Positions 49,471-61,189 of a stretch of DNA of 64,000 nucleotides are shown one piece after another. The DNA is taken from NCBI GenBank assembly GCA_002633005.1, contig NMRA01000754.1, positions 102,648 to 166,647 on the forward strand, written 5' to 3'. The stretch's first letter is position 1. Each line of letters begins with the position of its first letter. Made by a program: the position numbers and the translations under genes. A model generated the notes under the pieces. It ran no database searches. It saw only the letters and a program-made list of their open reading frames with translations, and was not told where the DNA came from. The stretch comes from Phoronis australis. Lineage: Eukaryota > Animalia > Phoronida.

Positions 49471-50820
49471 AAGAAAACTGCATGAAATTCATGCAACATT
49501 TGTCATGTATAACTGGAGTTACCTTTTTTGTTTTTCCAGCATTTCATTGTATTCTCGCTATTTGTTTTTCCGCCCTTTTTGTTTTTCAGCCTTTTTTATT
49601 ATCCTGCCTTTTTCTGTTTTACCACCTTTTTTCAAAAAACACAGGAAAACAAAAAACGGAAACACAAAAAAACGGGGAAAGCAAAAAGGGCGGAAAAAAA
49701 GGCGGGAAAACAAAAATAGCGGGAAAACAAAAATAGTGCGAAAACAAAAATGGTGGGAAAANNNNNNNNNNNNNNNNNNNNNNNNNNNNNNNNNNNNNNN
49801 NNNNNNNNNNNNNNNNNNNNNNNNNNNNNNNNNNNNNNNNNNNNNNNNNNNNNNNNNNNNNNNNNNNNNNNNNNNNNNNNNNNNNNNNNNNNNNNNNNNN
49901 NNNNNNNNNNNNNNNNNNNNNNNNNNNNNNNNNNNNNNNNNNNNNNNNNNNNNNNNNNNNNNNNNNNNNNNNNNNNNNNNNNNNNNNNNNNNNNNNNNNN
50001 NNNNNNNNNNNNNNNNNNNNNNNNNNNNNNNNNNNNNNNNNNNNNNNNNNNNNNNNNNNNNNNNNNNNNNNNNNNNNNNNNNNNNNNNNNNNNNNNNNNN
50101 NNNNNNNNNNNNNNNNNNNNNNNNNNNNNNNNNNNNNNNNNNNNNNNNNNNNNNNNNNNNNNNNNNNNNNNNNNNNNNNNNNNNNNNNNNNNNNNNNNNN
50201 NNNNNNNNNNNNNNNNNNNNNNNNNNNNNNNNNNNNNNNNNNNNNNNNNNNNNNNNNNNNNNNNNNNNNNNNNNNNNNNNNNNNNNNNNNNNNNNNNNNN
50301 NNNNNNNNNNNNNNNNNNNNNNNNNNNNNNNNNNNNNGCAAACAAAAAGGGCGGAAAAAACAAAAAGGGTGGGTAAACAAAAGGCGGGAACACAAAAAAG
50401 GCGGGAAAACAAAAAGGGTGGGAAAACAGAAAAGGTGGGAACACAAAAAAGACGGGGAAAGCAAAAAGGGTTGGAAACAAAAAGGGGGGGCAAACAAAAA
50501 GGGCATTAAAACAAAATAAAAGGAGGAAAACAAAAAGGCGGGAAAACAAAAAAGGCGGGAAAACAAAAAGGCGGGAATATAAAAAAGGCGGGGAAAGAAT
50601 AAAAGGCGGAAAAACAAAAAAGGCGGGGATATAAAATGCGAGAAACAATAAAAGGCGGGAAAGCAAAAAGGCGGAAACACAAAAAAAGCGGGAAAGCAAA
50701 AACGGTGAGAAAACAAAAAGGGCGGTAAAACAAAAGGTGAGAAAACAAGAAAATGCGGGAAAAACAAAAAGGTAAATCCTGTTATACATGACAATTGCAT
50801 TAATTTCATGCAGTTTTCTT
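49471..50820. mobile_element. Foldback/MITE-like element with long TIRs, TA TSD and an internal ~15-bp AAAAGGCGGGAAAAC minisatellite (contains the assembly gap)
   Basis: aagaaaactgcatgaaatt.atgcaa..ttgtcatgtataac at 49471 is mirrored at 50781-50820; TA at 49469-49470 and 50821-50822; the minisatellite switches strand near 49630. Confidence 0.8.
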
Positions 50821-53079
50821 TAATCATCCTTTGGTGGGGGTGTTAAATCAAGTTGCATGAGATATTGTCATCGTCCATCTTGTTATTCAATTTATTCACT
50901 ATTTATTCTTCACATTTCAAACAATCATTACATCTTCATTTATTTATCGCATTTCTAGTTGTTCGCATGATATCCATAAACCTTTTGTGATGGGGATTTC
51001 TTGAACTATTCATAACATATCATCAATGCATCAAATTTCTGGAGTTCACTTATTCTCAGTCTTTTACAGGTCTTTTATATTGATATTGATTTAATGGCAC
51101 TCAAGACTCATCAATCAAGGCACTCTTTAGTTCATTCCGTGATACACTACTCCATTCTGATAAGCGAAGGTGTCGCCCATTTTGTTGTTTCAGCGTGTTA
51201 TACAATGGTGCTTGGCCCAATTCAATGAAGAAGCATAAGTTGCTTTCCTCACATATTGCAGACACAACACTAATTGTTCAGTGGTAGCACGGAATTCCAT
51301 AATTTTAGAATTTGTGAAAAGGAAACACCACTAGATGCAGCACAAAAATCGGAAACCCAGCCAAACACTAGCAGAACATTGTTGCTCAATGATGAACGTT
51401 GAAAAAGAAAAAAATGCTGCGTTGCCCTTATGCCACAGGATGGTGAATGAATTTCAGTTTTAGCCAGAGCTGGGACTGTCACTTTCAAGAATACTATAGT
51501 AAATAAGGTATAAGGTTTTAGTTACCATGTTTGATCAACATGTTCACTTGGGCTGAAATTAAATTCAGCCAGCTATACATTTTGTTGTCCCCCGTTCATT
51601 TTGGCACTTGATAGCATAACTTATTTTTTGCCTTTTGGTCCCTCTGACTCCATGGAAATATTTACTTTACGAGTTCTGTCATTATGGTACACCAGTTTTT
51701 TTATTGTGATATTTTCGGGGCTTATTAATTCATCACATATTACTGAACCATTAATTTATTCTGTTCTGTTAAAATCAAAATGCATTGGTTTTCCCAAGAG
51801 CAATTACTCCATCACCTTTCAATAATTTGTCAATTCATCACATTTCACGGCTCCAAGTCATAACATTGGCGGTTTAAAGATTCCTTTGATAGCTGTGGTT
51901 TACACAGGGATTAATTTACTGCTGTGTTTGAAGATGCATTAATTCAATGAATTTCACAATTTCATTTATATGCCATACGTCAAAACCAAATTTACGTGAT
52001 GCATTTCATGGGTTTTCTAACCACTTCATTGCATGAAAGATCATCAATACATCAAACTTCGAGAATTCACTTATTGTTAGTATTTTAATGGTCTTTTATT
52101 TTGAAGTTTATTGAATGACATTCTACAGACTCATTCTATTGTCCCTTTTGACAGGACTCCACTAATTCCATGCATTTACTTGTTCATTTTGTGATAAATT
52201 ACCCCATTCTAATTTCACTGCAATCTTTCGGGGGGTATTAAAATCACTCTAAAAGTAGTGGGGTACACAAATCAAGTCACCCATTTTGTTTTTCAATCAA
52301 TGGTGTTTGGCACAATTCAACAAAAAACAAGTTGCTTTCCTCACATACTGGAGACACAATGTTAATTGTCAGTGATAACAATGAATTCCATAATTTTAGA
52401 ATTTGTGAAAAAGGAACCACCACTTGGTGCAGCATGAATTAATTGTAAACTCAAGTAAATTCTAACAGGTCACTTCTCCCTGTAGTGAATGATGAGCATT
52501 AAAAAAGAAAAAAATGCTGCATTGCCCTTTGCCTCAGGATGGTGAATGAACTTTGGATTTAGCAAAAGCTGGGTACAAGTTACATTTTAAGAATACAATA
52601 GTTGTAAAGAAATCTTATTGTTTTGATAGCCATGTTTGATAATCATGTCCCTTCTGCTGAATTCTAAATCAGCCACCTATAGAATTTGTTGTCTCCTGCT
52701 CATTCACCATCCCTACCTTCCTTTTTCACTTGTTTAGCAACTCTTTACATCTCTGTTTATTTAATATATTTCATTTCAATTTTGTAACCCTTTGTACGTT
52801 TCCTTTCTGGATAATATATTCCAGCTCTATTAATACATTACTTTTCATGAATTTGTTCACTCCAGAACTCAACATCTCCTTGCATTTGATGTGTACGGTC
52901 AGTTTTCCCTTATATTATTTCCATTAACCCTATGCATATGCAGGACACGATTGACTAGCAGCACTATAGGACTTTGATTACCCTGACATTAACTCATGAT
53001 ACTTCATAAGGCCTTTAGTCTTGCATTATACGGGTTAACTTATTTATAGCATTTTATTGTTGATTTGTGATATTTTCTC

Positions 53080-56000
53080 CAGATATTATTGCTATACTTC
53101 ATGGGACTCCATTAATTTGATGCACTATTTCTTCAATATATGATGCATTTTATCATTCAAATTTCCATACATTCTGATAACCAATGGTGAACACAAGTCA
53201 AGTCACCCCTTTGAGAAGCTCACGCTACATATCTTTGGCTACGTTTAGCCTTTTTAATAGGCTCATTCAATTTTCAAAGTTTACACATGATCTCCATTAA
53301 CCTTTGGTATTGGTGATGTTTCTTGAACGAGTACCACACTGGGACTTTGTTAACCTCACATACTGCTTTTCTGTTAACTCGTATTTCATGGGTCCGTTGT
53401 TTACTGAAGTTTTTAGGTTCACTGATATTTACCATTTTGCTTCCTCGCAATGTATACGTTCTGTCATTATGCTACACCAGCTTGTTGATTATGATATTTT
53501 AGGGGATTTTTAATTCAGGGAACATTGCTGTACCATTAATGTTCTCTTCAACGAATCCTGAATTCCTTGGTTTGCTTAAAGCAATTATTCCTCATTTCAA
53601 TGGTTCCAATTCATCACATTTCCCGGCTCCAGCTATAACATTCTCAGCTTTCACTTTCATCATTATATAAATCCTTTGATAGGTACATTTTACACAGGGA
53701 TCAATTTGTTACTGCACTTGGAAACTCAGTATTTCATTGCATTTCATTTTCATACACTTGTCGTACTTCAAAACTCCATTCATTCGCTGCATTTTAAGGA
53801 TTCTTTACCACTCGAAATCAATGCTTCTTTATCGATCAGATGCATATTCATTAAAAGTGTGCGAGTTGGATTTCTGTTTAGTATTTTATAGGTCAATTAT
53901 TCTTCTGCTCATTTGATGATATTCTACAGATTCATTCAATTATTTCATTTGACGTGACTCCATGAACTTGGTGCAGTTCGTAACGCATTACTTCGCTCAA
54001 AATTCACTACATTCTTTGGACGTATTAAGATCACTCTGACAAGTAATGCTAAAGTCCGTATTTTGTTGAACCAGCTTGTTATACAATTTTTCTGACACAA
54101 TTCAACAAAGAAGCACAAGCTGCTTATCTCACACATGCAACACACAATATTACTTGTCAGTGATAACAATGAATTCTGTAATTTGACAGAATCTGAAGAA
54201 AGGAGCCACCATTTGATGTAGCATAAAATAACTGTAAACTCTACGTGTCTCACCAGATTACGATAACTCAATGATGGTTATTGATTACTGCATATATATT
54301 TGTTCATTCAACTCATTTTGGAGATTCATGAATTCATGAAATTTTAGTTTCAATCACTCTTTGCACATACATAACACTTCTGATCACCGATCCTGGACTC
54401 CTGTGATGTGTTGATGTTTCGTTTATTACATGTATGGTTTATATTAGACATCTATGTAATAGCGGGCACAGTGCAGAAGGTTGCGAATCTCCACGTTGGA
54501 TAATCCTTGTTGGTTGGAAAGCCGATGCGTGAACAATCGATGGTTGGGCAACAATTTGGAAGTGATTTTGCAGATACAAAAAGGCAATCCACCATGTCGT
54601 TTAGTATTGACCTACATGTGTGAGTGGTAAACATACATACGATTGATAGCATGCATCAATGTACAGCATCGGGTGGATGGGAGATGCTGTTGATGCTTCC
54701 TCAATGCAAATTGACAATACAACACAATGAGATGCAGACAACCAATGTTCAGAGACAAGATGGCAATCCTTAAAGCATGCAGTGGTTGACATGCACCAGC
54801 CAGCGTTGATTAGCAAACATTTAGGAAGTGGGAGGCAGATATTTATCTTTAATGCATGGATGATCTTCAATGTAAGGCAGTTGAAGTCTGCCATCACATT
54901 TTCTTTCAATGCTTTTAACGGCTTCATTTAGTCATAGCATTCTAAGGATTCATCAGTTGTGTTTAATCTGGGCCACCACAAGTTTCTTTGTGTCGCATTT
55001 CACCAATTGATATTTCGTTCATTCATAAAATCTCACATTCTGTGGATTCAATGACTTCTCCCATTTTATTCGTCACACTCAACCAGTTTGTTTAGATGTA
55101 ACGTGCTTTTTTCAATTGGTTGATACCAGGATGCACATGTCTTTATGTGTTACCCTCTCATTTTTCAAATTTATGTTGCTTCGTCACACCCTATCGGCCT
55201 TGTGATGTTTCACACATACAATAAAATTTTTATGTACAATAGTCCATGAATTTTATACATTTCATAGTTTCATTTGATTAATACCATTTGGCATGTTTTA
55301 TGTTCTTAATTCGCGTTTGATTGATTCATTTATTTTCATGTGTTTTCGGTTCATTAAATTTTCGCATTTAGCTTTGTCACTCAACAATTTCACTTAGTTA
55401 TAGTATTTCACAGATTCGTCACTTTCATACCATTGCACCATTATTTTGTCACATGTTACAAATTCATTAACCAATGAAAGAATTGTCATCAGCCCACCAA
55501 GCAAGATTAAACCCAGTTAGCATGTCTGAATTTAATGCCCCAGTAACTCTTCAGATCAGCAGCAATGACGAGAATCTCTACTCGACTAATATCCTCTGTG
55601 AATAAAACTCAACATGGGTGGAAGACTTTACTCATTTTACTTGATTGACATCCTTCTATGAAAAACTCGACAGGATAAATTTACCCTTTTCACGGCAGTT
55701 TATCTAGTTGCTTATATTGCGATACTTCATGGGTCTCCACTAATTTGATGCACTATTTCTTCAATATATGATGCATTTTACCATTCAAATTTCCATACGT
55801 TCTGATAACCAATGGTGTACACAAGTCAAGTCACCCCTTTGAGAAGCTCATGCTACATATCTTTGGCTACGTTTAGCCTTTTTAAATAGGCTCATTCAAT
55901 TTTCAAAGTTTACACATGATCTCCATTAACCTTTGGTATTGGTGATGTTTCTTGAACGAGTACCACACTGGGACTTTGTTAACCTCACATACTGCTTTTC

Positions 56001-58395
56001 TGTTAACTCGTATTTCATGGGTCCATTGTTTACTGCAGTTTTTAGGTTCACTGATATTTACCATTTTGCTTCCTCGTAATGTATACGTTCTGTCATTATG
56101 CTACACCAGCTTGTTGATTATGATATTTTAGGGGATTTTTAATTCAGGGAACATTGCTGTACCATTAATGTTCTCTTCAACAAATCCTGAATTCCTTGGT
56201 TTGCTTAAAGCAATTATTCCTCATTTCCAGGCTCCAGCTATAACATTCTCAGCTTTCACTTTCATCATTATATAAATCATTTGATAGGTACATTTTACAC
56301 AGGGATCAATTTGTTACTGCACTTGGAAACTCAGTATTTCATGGAATTTCATTTTCATACACTTGTCGTACTTCAAAACTCCATTCATTTGCTGCATTTT
56401 AAGGATTCTTTACCACTCGAAATCAATGCTTCTTTATCGATCAGATGCATATTCATTAAAAGTGTGTGAGTTGGATTTCTGTTTAGTATTTTATAGGTCA
56501 ATTATTCTTCTGCTCATTTGATGATATTCTACAGATTCATTCAATTATTTCATTTGACGTGACTCCATTAACTTGGTGCAGTTAGTAATGCATTACTTCG
56601 CTCAAAATTCACTACAATCTTTGGACGTATTAAGACCACTCTGACATGTAGTGCTCAAGTCCCTATTTTGATGCACCAGCTTGTTATACAATTTTTTCTG
56701 GCACAATTCAACAAAGAAGCACAACCTGCTTATCTCACACATGCAGCACACAATATTACTTGTCATTGATAACAATGAATTCTGTAATTTGACAGTATCT
56801 GAAGATAAGAGCCACCATTTGATGTCGCATAAAATAACTGTAAACTCTAATTGTCTCACCAGATTACCACAACTCAGTGATGGTTATTGATTACTCCTCA
56901 TAGATTTGTTCATTCAACTCATTTTGGAGATTCATGAATTCATGAAATTTTAGTTTCATTCACTCGTTGCACATACATAACTCTTCTGAACACCGATCCT
57001 GGACTCCTCTGATGCGTAAATGTCTCGTTTAATACATGTACGGTTTATATTATTCATCTGTGTAATAGCGGGCACAGTGCAGAAGGTTGCGAATCTCCAC
57101 GGTGGATGATAATCGATGGTTAAGCAACAATTTGGAAGTGTATTTAATTGTCACTCATCCAGTTTGTTTAGATGTAACATTTTAAGAGTTCTTGCTTTTC
57201 CAATTGGTTTATACCAGCATACACATGTTAGGCAACAATTTGGAAGTGGTTTGCAAAAAGGCAATCCACCATGTCGCTTAGTATTGACCTACATGTGTGA
57301 GTGGTAAACATATACGATTGATAGCATCCATCAATGTACAGCATCGGGTGGATGGGAGATGCTGTTGATGCTTGCTCTTTCAAGTAACATTCCTCAATGC
57401 AAATTGCCAATGCACCACAATGAGATGCAGACAACCAATGTTCAGAGACAAGATAGCAATCCTTAAAGCATGCAGTGGTTGACATCCACCAGCCAGCGTT
57501 GATTAGCAAACATTTAGGAAGTGGGAGGCAGATCCTTGATGCGTGGATCATCTTCAATGTAAGGCAGTTGATGACTGGCATCACATTTTCTTTCATTGCT
57601 CTCAACGGCTTCATTTAGCCATACCATTTTAAGGATTCATCAGTTGTGTTAAAGCTGGGCCACCACAGGTTTCTTTGTGTCGCATTTCACTGATTGATAT
57701 TTCGATCACTCATAAATTATCACATTCTGTGGATTCAATTACTTCTCCCATTTTAGTCGTCACATTCAACCAGTTTATTTGATGTAACATTTTAAAGGTT
57801 CATGCTTTTTTCAATTGGTTTATACCAGCATACACATGTCTTTATGTGTTACCCTCTCATTTTTCAAATTTATTTTGCTTTGTCTCACCCTATAGGCTTT
57901 GTGAAATTTTACGCATTCATTTAAGTTTCCGATTACATTAGTCTATGAATTTTATACATTTCATAGCTTCATTTGATTTATACCATTTGGTAGGTTTTTT
58001 GTCCTTAACTCGTGTTTTATTCATTGGTTCATTTATTTTCATGTGTTTCCGCTTCATTTATGTTTCGCATTTAGCTTTGTCACTCAACAGTTTTACTTAG
58101 TGATAGCATTCCACAGATTCGTCACTTTCATACCATTGCACCATTAATTCTTCACATGTTACAAATTGTTTAAACAATGACAGAATTGTCATCAGCCCAC
58201 CAGGCAAGATTAAACCCAGTTAGCAATTCTGAATTTAATGCCCCACTGATTCTTCAGTTTAGAAGCAATGGCGATAATCTCTACTAGAATAAATTTATAC
58301 TCTGTGAAGAACACTCAACATGGGGGAAGACTTTACTAGTTTTGCTTGATTGACATCCTTCTTTGAAAAACTTGACAGGAAGGTTTTACCCTTTT
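53080..58395. repeat. ~2.6-kb tandem duplication inside the right palindrome arm
   Basis: 53080-55700 repeats at 55715-58395 (e.g. ctcca.taatttgatgcactattt at ~53107 and ~55735). Confidence 0.88.
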
Positions 58396-61189
58396 CGCGG
58401 GAGTTTATCTGGTTTTTTTACTAAACCAGGGACACGCGAGAGACTCTCTCCTCATAATTCACACTTTACTGCTCAACATTCCAATTACCCTCAGGCTCAT
58501 GCAAAAAATATAACACTCATATTTCTGTACCCTTATCACTCATAATAAATGGCCTTTGTTTCTCTATATACCTCTCTTTTTTATCTCTGGAAACGGAGCT
58601 TGAGACGCACCTATCATTTTTGGAACATGCCTCGAACATAAATGGTATTTCACTCGTTAATTATATTTATGTGAGAATATGGACTAGTCTTGCTTATACC
58701 ACTCTTTTTTTCATTCAAACTCGTCCACTAATCCTTTGAGTAGATTTGCGTTCGGTCCTTTTTTCACACGACGCAGTAGGACATTTCACTACCAGCCTCA
58801 CTGTTGTTTCGATTCTGTCATGAGCCTTGGTCAGCTGCTGATGGCTCCTATTGATTGATGATTATCACATGTCTTAGGGTTAACCTTTGTTCTCAGTAAT
58901 CATATGTTTCCTGCCATTCCTTGCTTTAGCAGCTCTTATGTTTGAAAAAAATCTATCTTCATTTTTCCCCACTCACTACCACGCCCCTTTTCTGGTGGTT
59001 CCTCTTACCTGAGTACTACGCTTTTTATTGCTTATCTTTCCAAATTATTATTTTATGTTTACTCATTATTCGTCACTCATATTTCTGTACAGTTATCACT
59101 CATAATAAATGACCATTGTTTCTCCTAATACACATTTCCTTCTTTTCTCTGGAAACGGAGCTTGCGACGCACCTATCATTTTCGGGACATGCTTCGAACA
59201 TGAAAATCATTATGCACACACTTACATTGGCCGTTGCCATCCTCAACACATTGTCTCACTCATCTTAAACATGCCCACGCACACTCATATTACCTTGCCC
59301 ATCCATACATGTCAATCATAGGCGCTGATGCTGGACATCAGGCTGTTGGTAGGTAGAGCCATCTGCAATCCCATTCTCCACTAGAGTGAATGGCTGAAAC
59401 TAGGGATTGGTATCCCTGATCACCTTGAGTTCTTTTTATACTACAATGACATGTAATAATTTAGCTCACGGTCTTGAAACTCACTAACGCATCAGTATAC
59501 ATGTAGGCTAATTTTTTGGCAAACTGGCATTCACTTAGGCACTGACACTTTTAGGAAAGTCTCGATGTAATTGTAACAATTAAATGAAGGCATTAGGCAA
59601 AGTGAGAGCATTTAAATGCAAAGATTTGTAAATTTGGATGGTTAGCATTTGGCTGAACTTGCCTGTGAACCTTTCTGTGTAAGAACTGCACGCGTAAAAG
59701 ATCTCCTTAAACTTCAGTTCATCTGTACTATGCACGGTTGATGGAAGCCAGGTGCCATTTCTTGATATACTTGATATGCGACTAGTCGATGACGGCAAGC
59801 ATAGATCCAACGACGTTCCTCAATGCATGCAGTAGATTGGCTGCTGGTCAATGACAGGCGGCCATCATGAGTCAGAAAGATCCAAACCTACAACTGCCTT
59901 ACTCATCCACATTAACATTAGTGCACAGCTAGGGCACTTAATTGCGACATTCAAAAGTCAGCAAGTGGGCGTTAAGGGAATATCTGGACCACACTTGCAC
60001 TCAAGTACTACTCTATGATTTCATACAAAATTAGATAACCATTTCATAGCTTCTTTAATGTGCCTTTTCCAGCACAAATAATTGGAAAGGCATACCGATA
60101 CGATGGTCTTTGCTACCGCCGAATGATGAACTGCCAAGACACATACATTTTGGAGGCTAAACTTTTATGTACCGGGATTCGTGTTCCACTGACATCAAAA
60201 ATTTTAAATAACCTTGACTTATGTAAATGACACATGGGTGGTAAGCCTCACATGAGTTATAACAGTGAAGATTTAGAAATTTTGGGCACTGTCATTTAGC
60301 TGAATTTATGTATTTATAAGCGAAGGTAAAATTGCTAGTGTAAAGTATACTCGATGTCCATCTCAACTACAGGTCACTGACAGGCCTGTGCCCATCCTTG
60401 GTGCATATGCAAGTCACTATGTAGCTTAAGTACCTGATTGTAGGCAGGATACACCGATGCTCCTCAGGACGTGCATGCGGTCAATACGATGGGCCTGGAT
60501 AGATCTCCTTTGTCCCCGAGGTACGAAATTGCGTTCCTACATTGGCCGTGGTTTAGAAATGTAAGAAACCATCGTATTCACAAATAATTCTCAAGTCGCT
60601 CCAACTTTCTGCCATTGGGGGTTGCAGCCACAGCACAGCTGAGTTCTGTAAAACTTTAAGTGTCATTGGAAGGTTGAACTCAATTAATGTAATCAATACA
60701 AATTAGATGAAAACGAGGCTAGAGGCTGCTTGGCAGATGTTGCAGCCTTGTAGGTAATCCGGGAGCATCCTATTGAGTGATGGTAAATGACAGGCAGCAA
60801 TGTGAAGCCGGATGCATGGTCAGCAAACAGTGATCTTAGATGCATGAATGGGAACGAACGTCGGAATTCAGTTCATAGAGGGGGGTGAAGGATAGGCCAA
60901 AATATTGTGGCACTTGTGAAAGAGAATTGACGTTCAACAAGAGAAAGAATGACAATGTGCCATGATCTGTGAAACTTAAAAGTTATTGTAAATCATGAAA
61001 TCGATGATTTTACAAAATTAGCATGAATGCTGATACGACCCTTCTTCATCTACTATTATCACGCAATAGCATCCAAAGGAACCTCCAAAGAAAAAAGAAA
61101 CAAAAATTATTTAAAAAACAAGTTTTCAATTACCGTAACTGTCCCGGTTACTGCTTGTGGCACTTAACGGGACATTTAATAAAATTCTT

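Larger units (their letters stand above)
36401..59801. repeat. Giant (~23 kb) degenerate inverted repeat
   Basis: Reverse-complement anchors: 36401-36482/59723-59801; 38601-38790/59322-59507; 38790-41620/56470-59322; 41620-43600/51900-53870; 47575-47880/51600-51930; 48830-49475/50905-51600. Confidence 0.92.

Noticed and set aside
49377-50827. Long Lys-rich or Phe-rich ORFs in the ORF track
   Set aside because: Translations of a stop-free minisatellite and of the N gap; not genes.
41973-56140. Recurrent ORF FLERVPHWDFVNLTYCFSINSYFMG in the 1.8-kb units
   Set aside because: It recurs only because the DNA is repeated; the copy at ~46086 is frameshifted, the copy at ~56077 has a stop, starts differ, and there is no known motif.
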